Under the pieces are notes generated by a model, which was not told the DNA's origin, made no database searches, and saw only the letters and a program-made list of their open reading frames with translations. From NCBI GenBank assembly GCA_963820525.1, contig CAWGAA010000001.1, positions 1,408,001 to 1,472,000 on the forward strand: a DNA stretch of 64,000 nt, in the 5' to 3' direction. This DNA comes from an uncultured Spirochaetota bacterium. GTDB lineage: Bacteria > Spirochaetota > Spirochaetia > SZUA-6 > Fen-1364. A program made the translations under genes and the position numbers. Shown here one piece after another: positions 37,050 to 46,252 of this stretch (its first letter is position 1; each line of letters begins with the position of its first letter).

Positions 37050-37941
37050 CGTCGTTTCCCGCGAGCAGGCGCTGCACCAGCAGGGTGAGCCCGACGGCCA
37101 CGACGACAAAGAGGACGGACAGCGCATTGCCGTACCCGTACTCGCTGGCTATGAACGCCTTCTGGTAGAGGTAGACGGAGACGAACTGGGTAATCTGCCC
37201 CGGCCCCCCCGCCGTCGAGAGGAAGATCATCTCCATCTGCCTCATTGAGGAGATGACGTCGATCACGAGGACGGCCGAGATCACGGGAAGCATGTAGGGG
37301 ATGATGATTCGCGTATATGCGGCAAACCACCCCGCCCCATCCACGCGGGCCGCCTCCTCGATCTCCTTGGGCACGGTCATGAGGCCGGTGTAGTAGAACA
37401 GGAGCGCCCAGCCGAAGCCCTGCCAGATGATGATCCAGATCACGGCTCCAAGGGCCGTGCGGGGATTCGACAGCCACGAAACGGCGATGCCCTTCAGGCC
37501 CACCGCGCCCAGCAGCTTGTTGAGGATCCCGTAGGTGGGATTGAAGATGTTGACCCAGAGACTCGTGATGACGACCAGAGAGAGGACGGCGGGAACAAAG
37601 TAGATCGTGCGGAAGATCCGGGAGAAGCGCTCGGAGATGTGGGCCAGGATGGCGGCCAGGCCGAATGCCGCGGGGTTCTGGATGAAGATCGTGACCACCA
37701 TGAGGATGAGCGCGTTCAACAGGGAGCGCCAGAACACAGCGTCCCCGGTTATGATGTCGACGTAGTTCTGCAGGCCGACGATATTGAAAGCTCCGAACCC
37801 CGCCCAGTCGGTGAGGCTGAAGTACACGGAGAAGCCGATGGGCACGACCAGAGAGAAGACCATGACCGCGAGGGCCGGCGCCACCAGAGCCGCGACGACC
37901 TTTCTGTTTCCGAACAACGCCCTCACCTCACGGACCTCCAT
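37039..37941 (-). CDS. Carbohydrate ABC transporter permease (MalF-like)
   Basis: VPKEIEEAARVDGA motif; start may be the GTG at 37926. Confidence 0.9.
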   Translation of the reverse strand: MEVREVRALFGNRKVVAALVAPALAVMVFSLVVPIGFSVYFSLTDWAGFGAFNIVGLQNYVDIITGDAVFWRSLLNALILMVVTIFIQNPAAFGLAAILAHISERFSRIFRTIYFVPAVLSLVVITSLWVNIFNPTYGILNKLLGAVGLKGIAVSWLSNPRTALGAVIWIIIWQGFGWALLFYYTGLMTVPKEIEEAARVDGAGWFAAYTRIIIPYMLPVISAVLVIDVISSMRQMEMIFLSTAGGPGQITQFVSVYLYQKAFIASEYGYGNALSVLFVVVAVGLTLLVQRLLAGNDDVQ

Positions 37942-37949
37942 ATTCCAGC

Positions 37950-37978
37950 AAAAGGGGGCGCCGCCAGGGACGCCCCCT
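37950..37978 (-). terminator. Hairpin with U-tract after the SBP gene
   Basis: AGGGGGCG / CGCCCCCT stem with a short T run on the minus strand. Confidence 0.55.
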
Positions 37979-37999
37979 CGAGAAAGGGAATCCTGTCCC

Positions 38000-39268
38000 C
38001 TACTTCTTCAACGCCGCCTTTGCGGCGGAAGCGTCGAGCTTCTTGCAGAACTCTTCCGGCGTGATGAGCACCGAGCAGAGCTCGCGGATGAAGTTCTGGT
38101 GGTCTTCCTTGAACTGCGGGGTGGACAGATCGAGCCCCGCGGTGCCGCTGGTCCGCTTGGCATCAGCGGCGATCGAGAGAAGGGTCTTGGCCACGGGCGT
38201 GTCGGATGCACGCGGCTCCACCTTCTGCGCGGGGAAAGCGGCTTGCTTCTCCCAGGCCAGCGCGGGGAAGCGCTGGGCATAGAAGCTCAAGTACTTCAGG
38301 CCGATAGCCTTGTTCTTGGAGGCGGCGCTCACCACGTAGTTGCCGCCGAACCATGCCACCAGGTCGTCGATCTTCCCCTTGCCGTTCTTCAGCACGGGAA
38401 GCTTGAAGGCGTCGACATTGTTCTTGAAGTCGTCGGAGAAACTGGCGTCCGTGGCGAGACCCACTTCCCACGAGCCCATAAGGTACATGGCGGCCCTGCC
38501 CTGGCCGAAGAGGTTTCGGGAAGCGCCGTAGTCGGAGACCATCAGGTCTTCCTGGAACAGGCCGGACTGCACGAACTTCTGAAGCTGCCGCGCCCCCTCG
38601 ACGAAGTCGGGATCCGTGAATTTGGCTTTCCTGTCCAGCGCTTTCTGGACGCGGGAGAAGTCACCGCTCACCCTCTCGGCGAACGCGTCGAAGGTGATGG
38701 AAAGCGGCCAGGCATCCTTACCGTCGGTGACCATGGGGATGATCCCCTGGGCCTTGAACTTGGGCGCCAGGGCCTCCAGATCCTCGATGGTGGTGGGGAC
38801 CGAGGTCACTCCGGCGTCCGCGAACAGCTTCTTGTTGTAGTAGATGACCCAGAGGTCTCCTGAAACGGGGATGCCGTAGAGCTTGCCGTTGTACATGTTG
38901 CTCTCGAGGGCTCCCGCCATATAGCCGTACTTGTCGAACTCCGCCTTGGAGAGCGGCTGAACGAACCCCCCGTCCACGAGGGGCTTCAGCAGCGTGGTGA
39001 AGCTCCAGTACTTGAATACGTCGGGAAGCTGCTTTGCCGTGGCGTAGATCTTGATCTTCTGCTGGTAGGGCTGGTCGGGGTAGCTTTCCGTGACGATCTC
39101 CACACCGGGGTTTGCGGCCTTGAACTCCGCGTTGATCTGCTCGACCACAGCCCCCCAGGTGGTTGTCCGGTCCGCAAGGTTGTCTCCCATTTTCAGGGTG
39201 ACCTTTCCTTGAGCCCACAGGCCCGCCGCGAGGCAGAGGGCGAGCAGGACGATGGCGACTCTCTTCAT
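38000..39268 (-). CDS. Carbohydrate ABC transporter substrate-binding protein
   Basis: AAGGAGG RBS, signal peptide, GKLYGIP..IYYNKKLF and GRAAMYLMGSW motifs. Confidence 0.9.
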   Translation of the reverse strand: MKRVAIVLLALCLAAGLWAQGKVTLKMGDNLADRTTTWGAVVEQINAEFKAANPGVEIVTESYPDQPYQQKIKIYATAKQLPDVFKYWSFTTLLKPLVDGGFVQPLSKAEFDKYGYMAGALESNMYNGKLYGIPVSGDLWVIYYNKKLFADAGVTSVPTTIEDLEALAPKFKAQGIIPMVTDGKDAWPLSITFDAFAERVSGDFSRVQKALDRKAKFTDPDFVEGARQLQKFVQSGLFQEDLMVSDYGASRNLFGQGRAAMYLMGSWEVGLATDASFSDDFKNNVDAFKLPVLKNGKGKIDDLVAWFGGNYVVSAASKNKAIGLKYLSFYAQRFPALAWEKQAAFPAQKVEPRASDTPVAKTLLSIAADAKRTSGTAGLDLSTPQFKEDHQNFIRELCSVLITPEEFCKKLDASAAKAALKK

Positions 39269-39394
39269 GGTTTCCTCCTTCTTTGAGTGAATATCAATCG
39301 CCTTCGAGTATCCCACGGCTTCCCCCTGCCGTGAATGATCGAGATTCCGATAGTTTGACGAATTTACCGAAAAACGCCGTTTCGACCGTCCCGC

Positions 39395-40623
39395 TTACGT
39401 CGCGCCCTCGACTCCGGGCCGGCAGGAGGCATCGGCCTCCGCGGTCCATACGCTGGGGCTCGTGCCGGTGAGCTTCTTGAACACGCGGCTGAAGTGCTCC
39501 ACGTTGGGGTATCCCACCCGCTCCCCGATCTCGTAAACCTTCAGGCCGGTCTGCCGGAGCAGGCGCTTGGCCTCCTCCACGCGCACAAAGGCGACGTACC
39601 CCGTCAGCGTCTCCCCCGTCTCCCGGGCGAACTCCCAGCTTAAGTGATTCTTCGAGACTCCCGCCCTTTCGGCCACCTCGGCCAGGGACAGCTCGGGGTC
39701 CGCGAACCGCTCGCGGATGAACCGCTTTGCCGCCACGATTATCCTCGACTCGACGCCGCGGGAAGCGACGGCGCTCTTGTAAGCGCCGGGCACACCCTCA
39801 AGGCCACCGCGGGCGTCGCCGATGGAGCAGGAGGCCCGTACGGAGAGGTAGCGCTCGATTCCGTCCTTCGCGTCCGCGCAGAAGAGGCGGGCCTGCTCTT
39901 CCCCCCCGAGAAGAGGACCGCGACGTGGCCCGGCCGGACGGGGACGACCTCGCCGGAGCCCCGTTTGGCGAGGATCTGCGCGAGGGACCTCTCCACCATG
40001 GAATCGAAGCGGGAAAGCTCCTCCTCTTCATAGCGCCGCGCCACGTCCTCGAAGTCCCTGATCCAGAATGCGCAGACGAACACGGGGGGCGCGAGGGAGA
40101 TTCCGAGGCCGGCGATCGCATCCCATGATTCCGGCCCGATCGGCTGGACCAGGAGGTCCCGCAGGACCTGGCGGCGGAGAACCTCCACCTGCTTCCGCTC
40201 CACGATTGCCGAGCTTCGCTCCCTCGATTCCTCGATGCCCAGGGCGGTCTTTCTGAGCAGCGCCAGAAGGGATTCCCCGTCCATCTCGGTTTTCAGCACG
40301 TAGTCGGCCGCCCCCAGGGTGAACGCGGTCCGCACGAGGTGGAACTCGTCATAGGCGGAGAGGATCAGCACGGCCGGGGCTTCGCCGGGGTGGACGCCCT
40401 CCCCCGCAGCCATCCGGCGCAGGAACTCGATGCCGTCCATCACGGGCATGGAGATGTCCAGAAGAACGATGTCGATCTCCGGATGCGCATCCAGCGCCTC
40501 CAAGGCCTCGCGGCCGTTTCCCGCCTCGAAGCGGAAGCTGAAGCCTTCCCTTTCCCAGTCCCGCAGGCTGGCGATGGAGAGGCGCACGAACGGCTCGTCG
40601 TCCACGACCAGGACGCTATGCAC
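39395..40623 (-). CDS. YesN-like response regulator (REC + AraC HTH), frameshifted at the C7 run 39901-39907
   Basis: VVDDE and DISMPVMDG in one frame, AraC HTH in another. One extra base in the run gives ..LFSGGEEQARLFC.. and a continuous ORF. Confidence 0.85.
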
Positions 40624-42466
40624 CCCCGTTCCCTTCCCTCCTCACCACCGGAAGGAGGAACCGAACGAGGGTGTAGCGGCCCCGCTCGCTTTCCACCTCC
40701 AGGCCGAATGACTCCCCGAAGTTCAGCCGGATCCGCCTCCTCACATTGGCAAGGCCTATGTGATGGAGTCGGCTCCCTTTCTCCGAATTCTCCGAGGGCT
40801 CCTCCAGGGCGGACAGGACCTTCTCGGCTTCTATGCCCACCCCATCGTCCTTCACCTCCAGCACGAGCCGCCGATCCTTCGCGGCCACCAGCCCGGGCTC
40901 GGGGAGCGCCAGGGGCGCAGCCCCCGGAGCCTCCTCCAGGCGTGCGGAGATGCGGATCGTCCCTCGGCGCCCGGCGGCCGAGATTCCGTGGAGGATGGCG
41001 TTCTCCACGATGGGCTGGAGGATCATGCGCAGGACCAGGAGGCCGCGGGTGCGCTCCTCGACGTCGTACTCCACGTCGAAGTGCTCTCCGAAGCGGACCT
41101 TCATGATGCCGACGTAGCTTTCCACGTTGGAGAGCTCGGCGGCCAGCTCCGCCATGGGGCCGGCGCTCGCGTAGCTGTCCGCGAGCACGCGCATCAGGGC
41201 ATGGGTCATGTCCCCGATGGCGTGCGCCTTGGCCGCCCGCGCCATGAGGCGGATGGAGTTCAGCGTGTTGGAGACGAAGTGCGGGTTGATCTGGAAGCGC
41301 AGCGCCTCAAGCTCGGATTTCATCCTTTCGCGGTCCCGCCGCTCGCGCTCCAGGGTCAGGGTGCGGATTTCTTCCACCATGCGGTTGAAGCTCTCCGTGA
41401 GGACGGCCAGCTCCTCGATCCCGGCCGCCGACGGCACCCGAACGCCGTAGTTTCCTCCGCCCACCAGATGCATGCTGCGGGTCACCTCCCGGATGGGATT
41501 CGCGATTCGCGAGAGGAATATCCCGGCATACACGATGAAGAGCACGGTGAGGAGCGCCAGGGCGGGATAGATGTACCACCTGTAGGAGGTGATGCTGCCC
41601 ATGATCGCCGCGCGGTCCGCCAGAAGCGCGATGGTCCAACCCGTGGACTCCATGAGGAGGGAGCTTGCCATCCATGACCGCCCGCCTGCGCGAATCTGCC
41701 GGAACGCCGCGCTCCCCTCCTCCTTTCCCCCAGCCGCCAGAAGCGATGCCAGGGCGGAGAGGCTTTCGCCGTCCGATGCGGGGATGCTGGAGAGCAGGGG
41801 GTGGCCGTCCCTTCCGAAAATCACCACGTCTCCGCCGCTTTCGGAGACGGGGCGGGACACGAGTCGATCGAAGTAGGGCACGCGGAACATCACCAGCACC
41901 GCGTCGAGCTCCGTGTCGTAGTCCTGCGGGGACGTGCAGACCGCGACGGAGAGCATGAACTTCTCTCCGACGTTTCCCGCCACTCCCGTGAGGCTGTCGA
42001 CGAGCAGGACCTTTCCGGGATTCTTCTTCGCCTCAGAGTACACGGATCGGTCGATGGCTCTCACGAACCTGATGTTGGGGTAGTTGCGGTAGTAGTACGC
42101 CCCGCCGTTTCGCATGTAGAGGATCACGGCCCCGATCCGGTTGGAGTAGGTGAAGAAGCTCACCAGCTTGTCGTCGAGGCCATTGGCGGCGAGGAGGCGG
42201 TCCCCGGGGCTGCGGGCTCGAGAATAGGCGTCGGCAAGGGAGCGAAGCTGCAGGTCGTGGAAGAGCGCCGAGGCGAGGATGGAAACCTCGTCCGTCTCGC
42301 CCCTGATGTTCTGTGCCACCTGGTCGACCACGGCCTCGGTCTGGCGGGAGACGGTGGAAACGAGCGCGGAAAGGTACATACGGGAGAGCACTACCAGGAC
42401 CACCAGGCCGGGAAGGAATACCAGGAGGAGGAACGCAATGTTGAACCTTCTGCGGATGGAGACCAC
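40616..42466 (-). CDS. YesM-like sensor histidine kinase
   Basis: Two TMs, HAMP domain, LRFQINPHF, LQPIVENAILHG and DDGVG motifs. Confidence 0.93.
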   Translation of the reverse strand: MVSIRRRFNIAFLLLVFLPGLVVLVVLSRMYLSALVSTVSRQTEAVVDQVAQNIRGETDEVSILASALFHDLQLRSLADAYSRARSPGDRLLAANGLDDKLVSFFTYSNRIGAVILYMRNGGAYYYRNYPNIRFVRAIDRSVYSEAKKNPGKVLLVDSLTGVAGNVGEKFMLSVAVCTSPQDYDTELDAVLVMFRVPYFDRLVSRPVSESGGDVVIFGRDGHPLLSSIPASDGESLSALASLLAAGGKEEGSAAFRQIRAGGRSWMASSLLMESTGWTIALLADRAAIMGSITSYRWYIYPALALLTVLFIVYAGIFLSRIANPIREVTRSMHLVGGGNYGVRVPSAAGIEELAVLTESFNRMVEEIRTLTLERERRDRERMKSELEALRFQINPHFVSNTLNSIRLMARAAKAHAIGDMTHALMRVLADSYASAGPMAELAAELSNVESYVGIMKVRFGEHFDVEYDVEERTRGLLVLRMILQPIVENAILHGISAAGRRGTIRISARLEEAPGAAPLALPEPGLVAAKDRRLVLEVKDDGVGIEAEKVLSALEEPSENSEKGSRLHHIGLANVRRRIRLNFGESFGLEVESERGRYTLVRFLLPVVRREGNGGA

Positions 42467-42493
42467 GAGCGGCAGTATATCATGGGTTGACCG

Positions 42494-43654
42494 TCAACGG
42501 CCTATGGCTTTCCTCTTCTTCTCCAGATACGCGAGGTAGTCGGAATAGGAGATATTGGGCGGCGCCAGGTGGTCGAGATGGGGGACGTATCCCCCCGCGT
42601 CCATGAGGGGCTTGATCCGCTCCAGCTCACGGTCGATCGAGGATCCCCCGGCGGCAATGGCTTCCTTGTTGATCCCGCCCCTGAGGAGGAGCTCTTTTCC
42701 GAACTTCCTCCTCCACCCGAGGTGATCGGCCCCCGCGTTCACCTCCAGGGGGAACATGATGTTCACCCCCGCCTCCAGCCACAGGGGGATGAGCGCTTCC
42801 GGGTTTCCATCGCAGTCCACTATGGACAGGGCGCAGCCCCGCTTCCTTGCTTCGTCCATGACCTTCATGTAGGCGGGGAGGAAGAAGCGCCGGAAAAGCT
42901 CGGGACCGACGAAAGGGCCGTTCTTGGATGCCATGTCCTCCCACCAGCTCACGTAATCCAGGGGGATGTCCGCGGGGAGCCGGGAGATCTGGCCCGCGCA
43001 CAGCTCGGCCCAGAAATCAGTCATTTCCTCAACAAGGGCCGGATCGTCGTAGAAACAGAGCGAGAGATTCTCGAACCCCATCCAGTTGCGAAGCTGGCCG
43101 TAGAACCCGGACATGCCCGCCGTGATCATCCGCCCTTCCCCGGCCGCGCGGCGGATGCGCTCCAGCTCCGTGTCTGAAAAGAAGCGCGTCGGGTCTTCGC
43201 GCCGGTAGCGGGCGGCGAGCTTCCGCCAGTCTTCGCGGCTTTCAACGGGGAACCTGATGAAGCGGGGGATGGAGCTTTCATCCACGTCGCTCAAGTACCG
43301 CTCGGACACGATGCCCCCCTGGTCCCTCATCACGGTGCGATCCCCCTCCTTCGAGATGACCTCCTCGGGAAAGCCGGGATTGATCTGCAGGCGCAGCTGG
43401 AGCTCTTCGCCCGAGGAATCGAATCCGAAGAACTCCTCCAGCTTCTTGTTGAACATATCCAGGGCGTCCTTCTCCCCGAAATGCTCGTGATCCTGATACC
43501 ACCAGTCGGTGAGGCTCCGAGGCAGGCCCTCCTTCAGCCACCGCCTGATCGTCTGTGGCCAGAAGCCGAACTCCAGGTCGGGGACGCGGTCAACGCGCTC
43601 GCCCCGAAAGAACAGGTAATACCTTTCCGTAACGACGTGGTTCGCGCTCCTCAT
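42494..43654 (-). CDS. Uroporphyrinogen decarboxylase (URO-D/MtaA) superfamily protein of unknown substrate
   Basis: LRNWMGFENL, WEDMASKNGP, VDCDGN, FPLEV and YVPHLDH motifs; lacks the HemE N-terminal signature. Confidence 0.8.
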   Translation of the reverse strand: MRSANHVVTERYYLFFRGERVDRVPDLEFGFWPQTIRRWLKEGLPRSLTDWWYQDHEHFGEKDALDMFNKKLEEFFGFDSSGEELQLRLQINPGFPEEVISKEGDRTVMRDQGGIVSERYLSDVDESSIPRFIRFPVESREDWRKLAARYRREDPTRFFSDTELERIRRAAGEGRMITAGMSGFYGQLRNWMGFENLSLCFYDDPALVEEMTDFWAELCAGQISRLPADIPLDYVSWWEDMASKNGPFVGPELFRRFFLPAYMKVMDEARKRGCALSIVDCDGNPEALIPLWLEAGVNIMFPLEVNAGADHLGWRRKFGKELLLRGGINKEAIAAGGSSIDRELERIKPLMDAGGYVPHLDHLAPPNISYSDYLAYLEKKRKAIGR

Positions 43655-43740
43655 GGCCCCATGTTCGCACGAACTCTCCCCTCGCGCCAAGGCGAAAGCC
43701 GCGGGGGGTCGCCCGGCCGCGGCCGCCCGGGCAGCTTCGA

Positions 43741-43769
43741 TTGACAGGGCCCCGGAGCGGCACTACTCT
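43741..43769 (+). promoter_or_regulatory. Sigma70 promoter of the aldolase-kinase operon
   Basis: TTGACA-17 nt-TACTCT; ATG lies 9 nt downstream. Confidence 0.7.
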
Positions 43770-43778
43770 CTTGGGGCC

Positions 43779-44705
43779 ATGAATGCCGTACGCTCAGACA
43801 TGATCGTCCGCGCGGCCCGAGAGGCCGCGATAGTCGTTCCCTCGTTCAACGTCCCCCATCTTCCGATGGTGGAGCCGATCGTCAAAGCCGTCAGCGACGA
43901 GGAGTCCTTCGCTTTCATCGCGGTGGCCCGCATCGAATGGATGAAGCTGCAGAGCAAGAGCCTCGAAGCCGTGGCCGAGGAGTATGCGAGGCACAGGGAT
44001 GCCGGCCACGTTCGCCTTCACCTTGACCACGTCCCGGTCATCGACGAGGACAACCAGACCGTCGACTATCGCCGGATCATAGAGCGGGCGCTGGGGGCGG
44101 GCTACGATTCCGTCATGGTGGACGGCTCGCGCCTGAGCTTTGCCCAAAACGTCGCGGCCACCCGCTCCATCGTCGAGCTCTGCCACCGGACCAGGATCCC
44201 TGTGGAGGCGGAGCTCGGGTCGGTATTCGGCCATGAGGCCGGCCCTCAGCTTCCCTACGACGAGATCTTCCGCCTGAAGAAGGGGTTTACGGACGTGGAG
44301 GAGACGCGGGCTTTCGTGCGCGAGTCCGGCTGCGATTGGCTTTCCGTTGCGTTCGGCAGCATCCACGGGGCCGTATCCGAGGCGCTGCGAAACCAGCCGA
44401 AGGTGCCCGCGCGGCTTGACCTCGACCACCTGCGCCTGCTCGCCGAGGCGGCACGGATCCCGCTGGTCCTGCACGGCGGCTCCGCAATCCCCAAGGAATA
44501 TATCCGGGGCGCCATTGGCCTGGGGGTGGCGAAGGTCAACGTCGGCGCGGAGATCCGCCAGGCATACGAGAGCGCCCTCAAGCAGAGCGGATCCGTGCCG
44601 CCGGCCCAGGACAGGGTCTACGACGCGGTGAGGCGGATCATCAGGGACGTATTCGAGGTGAGCGGCAGCGCCAAGAAGCTGACGGGGCGCCCTCCCTCCC
44701 CATGA
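43779..44705 (+). CDS. Class II ketose-bisphosphate aldolase
   Basis: LHLDH, SVMVDGS, VEAELG, GSIHG, LVLHGGS and KVNV motifs. Confidence 0.9.
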   Translation: MNAVRSDMIVRAAREAAIVVPSFNVPHLPMVEPIVKAVSDEESFAFIAVARIEWMKLQSKSLEAVAEEYARHRDAGHVRLHLDHVPVIDEDNQTVDYRRIIERALGAGYDSVMVDGSRLSFAQNVAATRSIVELCHRTRIPVEAELGSVFGHEAGPQLPYDEIFRLKKGFTDVEETRAFVRESGCDWLSVAFGSIHGAVSEALRNQPKVPARLDLDHLRLLAEAARIPLVLHGGSAIPKEYIRGAIGLGVAKVNVGAEIRQAYESALKQSGSVPPAQDRVYDAVRRIIRDVFEVSGSAKKLTGRPPSP

Positions 44706-46252
44706 GCCTTCTGGGGATCGACATCGGGACCACCGGATGCAAGGCCGTGGTCTTCTCCCCTGACGGAAGGCGGCTTTCCTCATCGTACTCGGAATACCAC
44801 ATCGCTCACCCCGGAAGCGGCTGCGCAGAGCTCGACAGCGCATCGGTCTGGAGCAATGTCTGCCGAACAATCCGGGAGGCTGCTTCCCAGTGCCCCCGGG
44901 GGGATCCCATCACCGCACTTTCGATCGCGTCCATGGGAGAAGCCGTGGTGCCCGTAAGCGTTGACCGCCGCATCCTCGGCCCCTCCCTCCTGAACATCGA
45001 CGCGCGCGGAAACTCATATCTCCCACAGCTTCGAGAACGGATTTCGGACCTGGAGCTGTACCGGATCAACGGAAACTCGTGGGGCGCCCAGTACAGCGTC
45101 ACCAAGCTCATGTGGATGAAGAAGCACGACACCGCGCTGTATGCATCAACAGCGAAATTTCTCCACTGGGCGGGCTTCGCGGCCTTCATGATGGGATGCG
45201 AGCCTTTCGTCGACTATTCGCTTGCAAACAGAAGCCTGCTCTTCGACATCAACAGGCTGGATTGGTCCGATGAGCTTCTGGCGGTCAGCGGGATAGATCG
45301 CGAGAAGCTCCCCCCCTGCGTTGCCCCCGGAACCGAGGTGGGCACGGTCGGGCGCGGTATTGCAGGCGAGCTCGGCCTGCCCGAGGGAGCGAGGATCGTG
45401 AGCGGAGCTCATGACCAATGCGCCAACTCCCTGGGCTGCGGTGCGATCTCGGAGGGCACGGGGATGTTCGGCATGGGCACGTTCTCCACCATCGCCCCGA
45501 CATACACGGAGAGGAAGGACGCGAGAGCCATGGTGCGCTTCGGGTTGAACACGGAGCACCATGCCATTCCCGGCCATTTCATCACCTTCATCTTCCACAT
45601 GGGAGGCGCCGCCGTGAAGTGGTACCGGGACACCCTCGCTTCGGCGGAGGCGGCCGCCGCCCGAGCCGGCGGGCTGGACGCCTACCCGCCCCTGTTCGCG
45701 GAGCTTCCGGCGGGTCCCGCTTCGGTATTCGTTCTGCCGCATTTCGCCCCTATGGGCCCCTCCGACTTCAGAGACGATTCCAGCGGCGTCATCCTCGGGC
45801 TGGGACTGAAGACGAGCCGCGCCGACATCCTCAAAGGCGTGCTCGAGGCCAACCTCTTCGCGTTGAAGGAAAGCGTCGAGGTTCTTCCCTTCCTGGGCAT
45901 CCCCCTTCGCACTCTCCGCGCCGTCGGGGGAGGCTCGCGCTCCGACGCGGCGGTGCAGCTCTCCGCCGACATCCTGGGCATCCCGCATGAAAGACCCGAC
46001 GTCACCGAGGCCGGGGCGCTTGGCGCCGCGCTGCTCGCCGGAAAGGCGGAGGGGGTGTACTCCTCGTATGCGGAAGCGGCTGAGACAGCCGTGCGGCTGA
46101 CGGGAAGGTTCGAGCCGGACCAGGACGCGGCCGCGGCGTACCGCGAGCGCTACGCGAGATATAAAGACTACAAGGAGAAGCTCCTGGCGCTGACGAGAGA
46201 CTGGGAGTCGTACAAGGCTGGAACACGGGGTGATGCGGGGCCCGAGGGCTAG
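44702..46252 (+). CDS. FGGY-family carbohydrate kinase (xylulokinase-like)
   Basis: LGIDIGTTGCKA, GAHDQ, GGGSRS and ALGAA motifs. Confidence 0.9.
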   Translation: MSLLGIDIGTTGCKAVVFSPDGRRLSSSYSEYHIAHPGSGCAELDSASVWSNVCRTIREAASQCPRGDPITALSIASMGEAVVPVSVDRRILGPSLLNIDARGNSYLPQLRERISDLELYRINGNSWGAQYSVTKLMWMKKHDTALYASTAKFLHWAGFAAFMMGCEPFVDYSLANRSLLFDINRLDWSDELLAVSGIDREKLPPCVAPGTEVGTVGRGIAGELGLPEGARIVSGAHDQCANSLGCGAISEGTGMFGMGTFSTIAPTYTERKDARAMVRFGLNTEHHAIPGHFITFIFHMGGAAVKWYRDTLASAEAAAARAGGLDAYPPLFAELPAGPASVFVLPHFAPMGPSDFRDDSSGVILGLGLKTSRADILKGVLEANLFALKESVEVLPFLGIPLRTLRAVGGGSRSDAAVQLSADILGIPHERPDVTEAGALGAALLAGKAEGVYSSYAEAAETAVRLTGRFEPDQDAAAAYRERYARYKDYKEKLLALTRDWESYKAGTRGDAGPEG

